NCBI RefSeq assembly: GCF_001194135.2
Contig: NC_069000.1
Coordinates: 31,379,976-31,418,195 of the forward strand
DNA length: 38,220 bases
Origin: Octopus bimaculoides
Lineage: Eukaryota
Direction: 5' to 3'
Within the stretch, counting starts at the first letter, position 1. Each line of letters opens with the position of its first letter. Made by a program: the position numbers and the translations under genes. Shown here piece by piece: positions 10,616-22,174 of the stretch. The notes under the pieces were generated by a model that saw only the letters and a list, made by a program, of their open reading frames with translations, did no database searches and had not been told where the DNA came from.

Positions 10616-11231
10616 GCACTCACAATCATGTAGACATTTACGCAGACACGCGTCTACCAGCTTCAGACCTATACACAAGTATACATATAAAGCAAACGCA
10701 AACACAGTGTTACACATACATGCAGACACACGCGGCACACAATCATACGTAGATTCCATTGCACCCCCCCCCCACACGTTTATACATATGTATCATCATA
10801 TACTACATATAATATATTTTGCAACCAGCATGGGGATATTTTTATATTCGCCAGTATCATTGACCCTTTAAGATACTTCAAGACATTTCCGATTAACTCT
10901 TTCCACATCAGGATATTCACCAACGTATTCTAATGGAGCGATTTTATCTAAAATTCACCATCTCACATTAACTCCATCTGTCAATTACGTTCTCAAGAAA
11001 TATTCATTTCCGCCCGACGGACGCCATTGCACAATTTCCTAAATTCCACGTTGATTATTACAATTTACATAATACATTTTTTTCTTCCATAATGTTAATC
11101 CGAACCTGCATGTGCTATAATGCGAATGGTATATGTTACAAGTTATTTGTCTTACAATGAGTGCGTCTGTTTGTGGCTGCTCGATTTGCTAGAAATATAA
11201 ACCAAGATCCCAACCACTTTTAAAAACAAAG

Positions 11232-11630
11232 GCTCGGGCGTGGCTGTGTGGTAACAAGCTTTCTTCCCAACCACATGGGTCCAGTCTCGGATTCCTCGGG
11301 AAAGTCTTCCATAGCTTCAGGTTGAGCAGAACCTTGTGACTGCATTTGGTAGACGAATACTGAAAGAAGTCTGTTGTATATATATATATACACACGCGCG
11401 CGCGCACTCACGCATGCACGCACGCACGCACACACACACACATACGTGTGTGTGTTTGTGCTTGTTTTTGTCTCCCCAGATAGCTTGACAACCGATAGTG
11501 GTGTGTTTACGTTCCCGTAACCTAGCGGTTCCACTAAAGGTGCGGGAAAATAAATACTAGGGTTCATTCATTCGACTAAAATTCTTCCGAGTGGTGCCCG
11601 AGTATAATGACTGGAACAAGTAGAAGATTA
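11232..11630 (+). mobile_element. SINE family A, diverged full-length copy with an internal microsatellite
   Basis: Collinear with 36960-37405: head GGCGTGGCTGTGTGGTAA, CTGAAAGAAGTCTGTTG, internal repeat 11377-11460, GGTGTGTTTAC.T.CCCGTAAC.TAGCGGTTC and the ATGACTG.AACAAGTA tail. Confidence 0.8.
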
Positions 11631-11633
11631 TAT

Positions 11634-11674
<41 letters not shown>

Positions 11675-12602
11675 NNNNNNNNNNNNNNNNNNNNNNNNNN
11701 NNNNNNNNNNNNNNNNNNNNNNNNNNNNNNNNNNNNNNNNNNNNNNNNNNNNNNNNNNNNNNNNNNNNNNNNNNNNNNNNNNNNNNNNNNNNNNNNNNNN
11801 NNNNNNNNNNNNNNNNNNNNNNNNNNNNNNNNNNNNNNNNNNNNNNNNNNNNNNNNNNNNNNNNNNNNNNNNNNNNNNNNNNNNNNNTATATATATATAC
11901 ATATATATATATATATAAATTTAAATGATAAGGGTGAAAAATTGAATATTAATTTGATTAATATCAATTTAAAACCAGTGGTCTAGCAAACTGTAAAATC
12001 TGAAGATTCAGAAAAGTTATATTACATACATATAAGAGGGATGACCACTAAGTGGACATCCCTTTTGCTGGAAGAAGGCCACCTACGGTCTTACCACTGA
12101 GAAAAGATTGTTCTCAAGAAAATTCAGCAAACACCAGAGCGTAAGTGAGCACGACAAATGAAAAGCTACGAAATATAAAGATTAATCATAGACCGGTTTT
12201 GTTGTTAACTACTTAGGTAATTGTCTGCAACTCTTCAGTGTGATCGTCTTCGCAGTATAATTTGCAGAACTATACACGAGACGCGTCCACATCAGATCGA
12301 ACGTGTATATATTTCTACCAATTACATTTGGGGTTATATTTCAAAAGTCTTCGTTTTGGCGCGCCGAATGAATAATTTAATGTGGTACTCTCCGGAAAAG
12401 AAAGAATGCTACTGCTATTTAACTCCAAAAAACCCCGTTTCTAGTTGGCTATGCGACAAGCCATCACTTTATCGTGCTGCTACTGCATAACTCTCTGAGA
12501 GATTTAGGAATGCAATATTTTCTAATTTTGTAGATCAGTGAATTTATTTTCAACGGCGATTTAGCACTGACAACGAGCAAGGCCAAGCTACTNNNNNNNN
12601 NN

Positions 12603-12664
<62 letters not shown>

Positions 12665-13385
12665 TCATAGTGCTTCTAGAGCAATATTATGATGATGAAG
12701 AGGGTATTGACAACGACGGCGACAACGTTAGTGATGATATTGGTAATGTGGTATTCTTAACTCTAAACCATATAAGTGTTATAATTTTTTAGTTGGTTGA
12801 GAAGCAAGAAAATCTCGATGCCTTACAGAAAACTTCTTGTTAATCTCTAATGAAATGAAATTACATAATAAAAGCAGTTTAAAGAAATATATAAAAAGTA
12901 AAACAAGAAAAAGAACACATAAAAATAATCGCAACAAAAATAAAATTTAGAAATACAGCAAACTAAAGAGATAATCCACATAAACAGAAAGCAAAACCAC
13001 AAGCAAGCTGTCGAATGTATAGAAGAGAAGAGCCAAAAATGGTCAAAAGCAGAAACTAAATAGAAGATAAAAAATAAAACGACAGCCTCCACAAAATATT
13101 TAATAAAGCACAATTATAAAACATCTGTGTAGAATGAATAGAGAACTAGTTAAGTGAATTAATTAACGTAATTAGCATCCTGGTATTTATTTTTGTGCTT
13201 GTAATCGGTGCTGCTTGAAGGCTTTAGCTTTTCTTTCATTGAATTCCACATTATGGTGTCTTGCTGTTTAATTTTTTCGCCAGTGAAATAAATACTTTCG
13301 TTCTGTTCAATAGATATATTATATCATATCATATCATGTTATGTTATTATATATTGTTTTATATTATTTTATATTATTATGTTAT

Positions 13386-13560
13386 AAGGTGGCGAGGTGG
13401 TAGAATCGATAAAATGTTTAGCGACATTTCGTCTGTCTTTCCGTTCCGAGTTCAAACTCTATCGACGTCGACTTTGTTTTTCATCCCTCCAGGGTCGATT
13501 AAATAAGTACCAGTCGAGCCCTCCCTGGAATTTGCTAGTCTTGCACTAACATTTGAAATT
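13386..13560 (+). mobile_element. SINE family B copy with internal deletions
   Basis: GGCGAGGTGGTAGAATCG, GAGTTCAAACT and GTCGACTTTGTTTTTCATCCCTCCAGGGTCGATTAAATAAGTACCAG. Confidence 0.7.
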
Positions 13561-13574
13561 ATTAAATAATGTTA

Positions 13575-13795
13575 TACGTAGGGTGATAAATCGTTGGAGA
13601 GTCAGAATGAATGTTTGGCGGTATTGTCACCGGCTCTTTGCGTTCCAGGGTTTAAATCTTACCGTAGTCAACTCTGACTTTCATCCCTTCTCTGGGGTCG
13701 TAATGCAAAGTACAAGTCAAGTACTGGGATCGATGTAATCATTATCTCTCTCCCTTCAAAATTATTGACCTAGTACATAAATTAAAAAGTAATAT
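13575..13795 (+). mobile_element. SINE family B copy, older
   Basis: GTCAACTCTGACTTTCATCCCTTCTCTGGGGTCG..AAGTACAAGTCAAGTACTGGGATCGATGTAATC. Confidence 0.65.
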
Positions 13796-13884
13796 ATTTT
13801 ATATATAAAATATCTTCGTGCTAGAAAAGTTGTGTGTGTGCGTGTAAGGGCATTTGTATGTGTTTTAACATCTGTAAGTATATT

Positions 13885-14082
13885 AAGGTAGCGAGCTGGT
13901 AGAATCGTTAGGATACCAGGCATTACTTAGGGGCATTTTGTCAGACTTCACATTCTGTATTCAAATTCCGCCGAAGTCGAGTTTGCCTTTTATCTTTTCA
14001 CCAGCAAAACATTGGAGGTATTGTAATCGACTTACCATTTCCCCGAACTTGCTGGTCTAGTGCCAAAATTTGAAACCAATAT
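13885..14082 (+). mobile_element. SINE family B copy
   Basis: AAGGTAGCGAGCTGGTAGAATCGTTAG, TTCAAATTCCGCCGAAGTCGAGTTTGCCTTT and the 3' CTAGTGCCAAAATTTGAAACCAATAT. Confidence 0.7.
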
Positions 14083-14145
14083 CTGTGTGTGTGTGTGTGA
14101 TTGAATTGTCTTTGCGTAAGATTTTATATCAATCTATTTGAGAGA

Positions 14146-14198
<53 letters not shown>

Positions 14199-14204
14199 CA
14201 TTTA

Positions 14205-14365
14205 GGCTAGCATTGACGAGTGGCTAAGAAGTTTGGATCGAAATTAAGAAATCCCTGAATCAATTTCGCTGCATGGTATATGAGCAATGTGTATTCTCGG
14301 GTCTTTGTTCGACTGAAGCCTTGTAAATGAAATTGGGAAGATAGAAATTGACTAGATGCCTATCG
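14205..14365 (+). mobile_element. Very old 5' half of SINE family A
   Basis: GTGGCTAAGAAGTTTG and AAGCCTTGTAAATGAAATTGG..AGATAGAAATTGA loosely match the family A head and body. Confidence 0.4.
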
Positions 14366-14480
14366 AATAGGTTTTATGTATGATTTAAAGGATGAGAAAC
14401 TGTGTCAGGCTGATTATATCTGACAAATACTCTTAGATGTCTTTGGAATACGCAGCTTCTTATACTTTCAATATAATTTT

Positions 14481-14550
14481 AATAAACATGTATTTATAAT
14501 AAACATGTATTTATTACAATAAACATGTATTTATAATTTCAATAAACACG
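14481..14550. repeat. Minisatellite, about 4 units of AATAAACATGTATTTAT
   Basis: Units start at 14481, 14498, 14518 and 14541 (last one partial). Confidence 0.9.
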
Positions 14551-14772
14551 TAGCTTAGCTAATCGAACATGTGGAATATTCATCATGGAAACCGATGGAT
14601 AATCCATTCTGCGTGTCTGTGTGTGTGTGTTTATAGATTACTATGAGTGTGTACATGTGCTTATGTGTGTCTGTGCATTTGTGTTTATGCGTGTGTGCGT
14701 GCTGTGTAAGCGTGTTTAATCTTTGTTTATGCGAATGTGCAAATGTGTATATACATATTTATGTGCGTCTTA

Positions 14773-14885
14773 AAGGCAGTGAGATGGCAGAATCGTTAGC
14801 ATACCAGGCAAAATGAATAGCAGCTTTCTTTCTGGCTTTATGTTCTGAGTTCAAATTCCACCGAGGTCACCTTTGCCTTTCCGTT
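14773..14885 (+). mobile_element. SINE family B, 5' half
   Basis: AAGGCAGTGAGATGGCAGAATCGTTAGC and TTCTGAGTTCAAATTCCACCGAGGTCACCTTTGCCTTT. Confidence 0.75.
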
Positions 14886-15489
14886 TAGCAACATAGTTGG
14901 TGTGGAAACAGGACACTTGTAGTTACTGAAAAGTGATACTTTCTAACAAAATGAACCTTGCTTAGTCTCGTGTATATACGTACAGATACATGGATCGACA
15001 GAGTTCATTGATTTGCTCGTGAGGTTCAATTGAATTAATCTAGGTTGATTGGCATATATCGGTTGGCAGCAATGACAATGAAATAACAGTGCATATCCAG
15101 TATTTCTCTGTTTGTACGCACGTCATCAGCGGTGTCATTCTTCACTTCTTGCCCTACAACGGGTTGCAGAGTTTCAAAACAATGCATGTTTTATAGCGAT
15201 TGCTACGTATATATATATATATATTATTTTGAAATGGATGTATGGCGTTCAATCATATGATAATATAAATAATATATATATNNNNNNNNNNNNNNNNNNN
15301 NNNNNNNNNNNNNNNNNNNNNNNNNNNNNNNNNNNNNNNNNNNNNNNNNNNNNNNNNNNNNNNNNNNNNNNNNNNNNNNNNNNNNNNNNNNNNNNNNNNN
15401 NNNNNNNNNNNNNNNNNNNNATATACATACATACATACATATATGTACATACTTATATATATATGTATATACATATGCATATAATAGCA

Positions 15490-15790
15490 CAGGACGTCAC
15501 AAAACATAAACAACATGAAATACGAAATACGAAAACATGAAACATGAACATTTTTTACGAACAACGAAAGAAACACATGGAAAACAAGAAAGGCAACATA
15601 AAAAAAGACCCTACTTCGGTTGTCGGCTGTTTTTCTACTCCGTATTTCGAGCAATTCACGATAAGATACGTCTTCGACAAAACAGTTGCTCCCGCAAAGC
15701 AAATTAAATAAAATTTGGGATTTTGCCGAGCGTCAAAACTGGTAACAAAAACAGGACAGTGAAAACAAACAAGAAGAGCTGCTAAGCCTA
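15490..15790. repeat. Unclassified dispersed repeat; partial second copy at 26042-26083
   Basis: AACAGGACAGTGAAAACAAA...GCTG.TAAGCC is shared between about 15751-15788 and 26042-26079. Confidence 0.55.
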
Positions 15791-16226
15791 AACAAAGTGA
15801 GTTGGCGAACGCGGAAGAACAAACTCTGACAGGAGACAGACAAGAATGCGTCTTATCCCTGCAGCTGATCGGAAGGAAAGAAAGAAAAGATGACCGATGG
15901 TCACGTGCGAGCAGCGAGAGAGCAAAGGAAGAATAGTAAGGGAGAGAGAGAGGGACAGACAGAGAACAGCGAAAGGTAGAAGAAAAGAATTAGAGAAAGC
16001 TTGAGAGAGAAAAAACAAAAGTGGGAGAAGGGGAAATAAAAAAGAAATAGAGAAAGGAAGAGAGAGGAAACGAAAGTGCAGAGGGAAAGAGAAAAGAAAG
16101 AGATAAAATAAGAGTCGCATCGCAATTATTAAGATAAAACTTATTTGGAAATGGATGTGTGGCGTTCAATCATATGATATAAATAATATGTACATATATA
16201 TATATGCATATATACATACACACACA

Positions 16227-16271
<45 letters not shown>

Positions 16272-16632
16272 GCACACGCACACACACAACACAGACACAG
16301 ACACACACACACACACACACATATACAGTGTGCATTGAATATGCTGTCGTCTAAGTTACGTAAAAATAAAAATAACATTGACATCTCATTTTAACCAAAA
16401 TTACGTGAAAATAGCTTGAAATACTAAAGAGTAAATCTATTCACTACAATCGCCATTGGCGAATACACACACACTCACACAAGATCACACACGTACATAC
16501 AGACGCATACACACATTTATTAATATTCAGCAGAAACAACAAAGTGACTCAACATCGGAGTGTTTCTGCTAAATATTAATAAAAATATACATATACTCAT
16601 ATTTTTCCTTATTGCATCACCATACCTCTATA

Positions 16633-17884
16633 TTGGGTCATCCCATAAATAATGCGCTTTTTACAATTGCATGGACTAAAAGTGGGGTAAACTACATGCA
16701 TCAACTTACTATAAAAGCAGGTAGTAATTTTACCTTGTACTTTTTCTTAGTACAAATTTTGATGGGTGCAGTTCGGTTTTAACAGTTATTTTTTCAAAGC
16801 TATAATGCTAGTGACAAAGGAGCATATTCAGTCTGTTTTGCTTTATGAGGGTCAATAAAGGTAGCAACGCAACAGAAAGTTCGAGGAATATTAATGCAGT
16901 ATATGGAGACGGGCAATAAGCGTGAGTCAGTGTCAACGGCAGCTTCATAAATTCCGAACCGGAAACTAACGCCTAGAAGACGAGCCCCTGCCGGAAGATT
17001 TGTAGAGCTCGTCGAGGACATCTTGTAAAATCTGATGGAACAAAATCCCATCGTAACTTTTAAAGAACTAGCAGGGAAGCTTGGATTTGGTTATTCAACC
17101 ATTCATCGCCACCTGCGTGCCATCGGAGAAGTCAGCAAACTGGGTCAATGGGTTCCTCACAAACTTTCCGAGTCTAATCACGCGCAGAGAGTGAATGCAT
17201 GCTCTTCTTTGCAGTTAAGTCTCACGAATGAACCTTTTTTGGACCGAATAGTGAATGGTGACAGGAAATGGGTTCTCTATAAAAATGTGAAGCACCGAAG
17301 GTAGTAGGTTGGGAAAGGAGAAACACTGGCACCACAGCATAAAGAGGTTCTTCACCCACGTAAGTTGTTATCTGTTTGGTGGGATATGAAAGGTTTAGTC
17401 CACTTTGGACTTTTAGACCCAAACCAAACAATAACAAAGGAGATCTACTGCGAGCAACTTGAGCGACTTAAGTCAGCGCTAGAAGAAAAACAACCATCTT
17501 TGGTTTCAATACGAAAGGTGTTTTTCCATCAGGATAATGCTCGGCCACATACAGCGATCAGTTTGAATGGGAAATGATGCTCAACACATCATGTTCGCCG
17601 GACATTGCCCCTTCCGATTATCATTTATTCCGCAGTCTTCAAAATCATTTAGATGAGAAAAATATGAATTCTGTAGACGAGATCAAACTGTAATGGAGCG
17701 GAATTTTTCGTCAAGTATAAGTGAATTTTGGAAGAGGGGCCTTGCAAGTTTACCTGATAGACGGAAGAGCATTGTAGAAAATGAAGGAGAGTATATTTTA
17801 GATTAAAAAAAGAACTTTGTTAATCTTAATTCTGTAAAGTCAAAGAAGTATAAAAAAACCCGCATTATTTATGGGATGACTCAA
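16633..17884 (+). mobile_element. Full-length mariner DNA transposon (1252 bp) with both TIRs and TA target-site duplication
   Basis: TA|TTGGGTCATCCCATAAATAATGCG at 16631 and CGCATTATTTATGGGATGACTCAA|TA ending 17886: 24-bp inverted match with one mismatch. Confidence 0.95.
16805..17806 (+). pseudogene. Mariner transposase pseudogene with frameshifts, stops and a small deletion
   Basis: MLVTKEHI..LLYE start, GQWVPHKL linker, IVNGDRKWVLY, LSVWWD, HQDNARPH, SPDIAPSDYHLFRSLQN and EGEYILD* at 17804-17806. Confidence 0.93.
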
Positions 17885-17918
17885 TATAGATCGNNNNNNN
17901 NNNNNNNNNNNNNNNNNN

Positions 17919-17950
<32 letters not shown>

Positions 17951-18099
17951 TGTGTGTGCGAGTGTGTGCATGTGTGTGTGTGTGTATACACGTAGATACA
18001 TTCATACATATGTACCTACATACACAGTATACATTTTATAAAATTATGTGAAGTGCAAATATGACTGGTTTTGTACGAAATACAGTTCGTTTTACCATA

Positions 18100-18139
<40 letters not shown>

Positions 18140-19144
18140 GTCTTAATTCCCATATATATATACATCCATCTATGTCTGACTACCTATGTATCTATCCATG
18201 TAATATATAAATATACATACGTAAACACTCCCAACACCCACACACACACACACACACACGCACACACACATAAACACACACACACACACACACACTCATA
18301 CATACACACACACGTGCACACACACTCATAGACACAAACACACACGTACATACACGTATACATTTGCATATGTGTTTGTGCATGTACATATATATCTTTA
18401 AATGTCTTCGAAAGTACTACGATGGCCTACTAGTTAGCCAAAATATGTTTAATAAGCATATGGACATGTGTGGGTGTGTGTGTGTGTATGTGTGTGTTTG
18501 TATATATATAGCTCATTTGTTATTGCTACATGAGCTATTACTTTTGACTATCAAGTAGCATTAAATAATTGGATATGAATATGTATACATATTGATTTTG
18601 TCTAAACATGCAAGAGCATTTACACATGCATACGTACATACATACACAACACACACATCACGCATACGCCCACACACAGATATATATGAATGCATGTACA
18701 CACGCATACACCTGTTTCGATATACATGTTTCTTTATAAGCTTGGTAGTTTATACATACGAACTCCTATGACATTTGAACACGGCAGACGACAAACGAAT
18801 AACAACGTCTTTAATCCATTAACTTAATGGCTTAACGTAATAACTTAGCTTCGTTATGAATATCAGAGCAATTATTGATTCCTTCGTCAAATCATCATCG
18901 AAATACTTAGAGGAAAAGCTGATCGAATAATTGGAACACTCTTTTATCAAATATCGACAACAGAGTCAATCACACACAACGCACACACACACCAACACAC
19001 ACATACACACACGCACACAAACACTCACAAACACAAACACTCGCAGATATAAATACGTGTGTGTTTTGCCTTGTTTTAATATAGCTTTATTCGCTTCTGT
19101 CGCTCCAATACTAGCTACTGATTTATTTCTCTAATCTTGTGTGT

Positions 19145-19181
<37 letters not shown>

Positions 19182-19578
19182 GGTGCGTGCGTGTGTGTTA
19201 TTGTGTGTGTATCTGTATGTATGTATATATATATATATATATNNNNNNNNNNNNNNNNNNNNNNNNNNNNNNNNNNNNNNNNNNNNNNNNNNNNNNNNNN
19301 NNNNNNNNNNNNNNNNNNNNNNNNNNNNNNNNNNNNNNNNNNNNNNNNNNNNNNNNNNNNNNNNNNNNNNNNNNNNNNNNNNNNNNNNNNNNNNNNNNNN
19401 NNNNNNNNNNNNNNNNNNNNNNNNNNNNNNNNNNNNNNNNNNNNNNNNNNNNNNNNNNNNNNNNNNNNNNNNNNNNNNNNNNNNNNNNNNNNNNNNNNNN
19501 NNNNNNNNNNNNNNNNNNNNNNNNNNNNNNNNNNNNNNNNNNNNNNNNNNNNNNNNNNNNNNNNNNNNNNNNNNNNNN

Positions 19579-19623
<45 letters not shown>

Positions 19624-20590
19624 CAAAAATTGACGAAGTGTGTTGCGAAATGGCTGTGAGGAGAGGAAAATTCAACATTTCGGACATAGTATTCCCACTC
19701 TCTCACTCTCTCTCTGTCTCTCCTCTCTCTCTATCTCCCTACCTCTATCTCTCTCATCTTTCTCCCATCCGTCCTTTGCTTGAACGATAACCTCATTCGC
19801 GACTTCTGAAGTCTGCCTCCTGACCCTACAGCTGTTTCAATTTTCTTGCTCCACGTCTTCCCATCTTCAAAAAAGATAGAAAGCTCGGTAATCTAGTAAG
19901 CATCTCCACAGCGTCAAACACAAGCTGACACTTCTAAATGCATTCCTCGACGTGATATGCATATTTTTTCGGGCTCATTACATAGGGAAATCCGGCCGAC
20001 AATTTATGCTAGGCCAATGTGTCTACATCTATTTTTGCACAACAAGTGATCTTATCATTCATCTATTAGTTGGCTGCATCTCCACACATCATGGATCCAC
20101 ATATTCAAAGCAGTTGAGTGAACGATGTTTCGTATTTAAACGGAGAACCATGTCACCAACTGTTTAAATGTAAGTTTTTTCCTTCAGTTCCTCTATCTTC
20201 TCTTAGTTCATTAATTCCTATCCTATGCATTAACTCCCCTCTCAGCTCTTCTTTTCCTTTTACCTGACTCTCATCTTCGCCAGCTTCTCATTCCATACTT
20301 CTCTCCTTCTACTTCTCTCTCCGAGTTTTTCTCTCTTACTACTTCCTATTCACTCATGATGCTCCCGTGGTCCTGTGTTCCATATTAGTTGCAGCCAGTT
20401 TTTCTAACTTATAGGATGTACAACTCTGCAGCCTGACTTCAGTTTCTCTCCTGCCAACGCTTTTCTACAGAAGGACTCTGTCCGAAACTTTGGATTTTCC
20501 ATTCCCCATAGCTCTGTACTCTTCCTGTCAATTAAAGTAAATAATATGTGTTGACAACGAAGACCAGTACCATCCTCTTTGGTGTCTTTG

Positions 20591-20623
<33 letters not shown>

Positions 20624-20863
20624 CGGTGCGAGTCGTTTTTATACGGCGCCATATTTACAGATATTTCCAATCCTATAAATAATAATAATGGTATTTTTAT
20701 GTAAGCTTAAAGCTAATGGCGATCCCAGTGCATTAACTAAGGAAAATAGTCAAATAAAGGGGCATATAAGCCCTCAACAGAAAAAAGAAAGCTTTTCTAT
20801 CCGCGTGGGAGTCGAACCGACATCAGTTATATATACATACATACATACATATATATACATATA

Positions 20864-21900
20864 TAGGGGTTGGACAAAATAATGGAAACACCTTAAATTT
20901 TCAAATAAATATATTTTAATACGGGGCTGGACAGTCTTTGGTAGTAATTACAGCTTGAATTCTACAAGGTACGAACTCGTACAAAGTTGGAATTGTTTCC
21001 AAAGGAATTTTTGTCCATTCTTCAGCTAAAACAGTCTCCAGTTCTTGTAGTGATGATGGTGGAGGATATCGATTCCTTATTTGTTTTTCTAAAATGCACC
21101 ATAAATGTTCAATAATATTGAGATCTGGGGACTGCGGTGGCCAGATAAGATGTTCAACTTCACAAAAACGTTCCTTGTGCCATTCAGTAACAACTTTAGC
21201 TGTGTGAATTGCTGCATGATCATCCTGAAAGATTGCGTTTCTCGCCGGAAACAGTTCTGCAAACATAGGATGAATTTGATCGGATAAAATACTTAGTGTT
21301 GACTATAAATTCTGCCATGAAAGGAAACCATTGGGCCGGCGGATTTCCAAGATATAACCTACCCAGATCATCACAGATCCTCCTCCATGTTTAACAGTTG
21401 GAAGAAGGCAGTCTGGGTCAAATGCTTCTTTTTGGCTGTCTCCACATGTATACTCAGCCGGTGGTCGGAAACAAGGTAATGTATGACTCGTCCGAGAAAA
21501 TAACATTCTTCCACTGCTCTAGGGACCAATTCTGTAGGTTTTTCTCCACTTTAAACACTTTGCAACGTTTGTTTTTGAAAGTAGTGGTTTTCTGATTGCA
21601 GCCCTCCTGTGAAATCCGGCTTTGTGCAGCTCCTAGCGAACAGTTTTTGGTGAAACTGGGTTCTCGTGATGGTCATTAGGTTCTGCCGTAATTTTGGGAG
21701 TTGTACTCTTGTGATCCTTTCTAACAATTCGCATAAGTGTCTGACAGTCCCTATCTGAAAGTTTTGGTTTTCTTCTGGAGATTCGTTTCGACGAGGATGT
21801 TTTTCCTGCTTTCTCAAAGGCTGTCATTACTTTTGAGACAATACTTCCTGATACACCAAACTGTTTGCATTACGCTAGCACCTGCAATACAAGCACCAAC
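20864..21900 (-). mobile_element. Tc1-like transposon with DD36E catalytic spacing; frameshifted; 5' end lost or inside the gap
   Basis: TIR-like end TA|TAGGGGTTGGACAAAATAATGGAAACACC at 20862. Motifs VGACIAGAS, VMTAFEKAGKTSS, IFSDES (D at 21490-92), TVKHGGGSVMIW, FQDDHAAIH (D at 21219-21) and WPPQSPDLNIIEHLW (E at 21108-10). Confidence 0.92.
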
Positions 21901-22129
21901 TATATATNNNNNNNNNNNNNNNNNNNNNNNNNNNNNNNNNNNNNNNNNNNNNNNNNNNNNNNNNNNNNNNNNNNNNNNNNNNNNNNNNNNNNNNNNNNNN
22001 NNNNNNNNNNNNNNNNNNNNNNNNNNNNNNNNNNNNNNNNNNNNNNNNNNNNNNNNNNNNNNNNNNNNNNNNNNNNNNNNNNNNNNNNNNNNNNNNNNNN
22101 NNNNNNNNNNNNNNNNNNNNNNNNNNNNN

Positions 22130-22174
<45 letters not shown>

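Noticed and set aside
14481-14550. CRISPR-like array
   Set aside because: Units are adjacent, with 0-6 bp between them and no unique spacers; eukaryotic context and no cas genes.
15100-15180. Minus-strand CTGATGA with an upstream GAAAC
   Set aside because: Helices cannot be completed in type I, II or III topology.
20790-20822. tRNA fragment (minus strand GGTTCGACTCCC)
   Set aside because: Only an isolated B-box/T-arm; no A box or cloverleaf, and it is cut off by a microsatellite.
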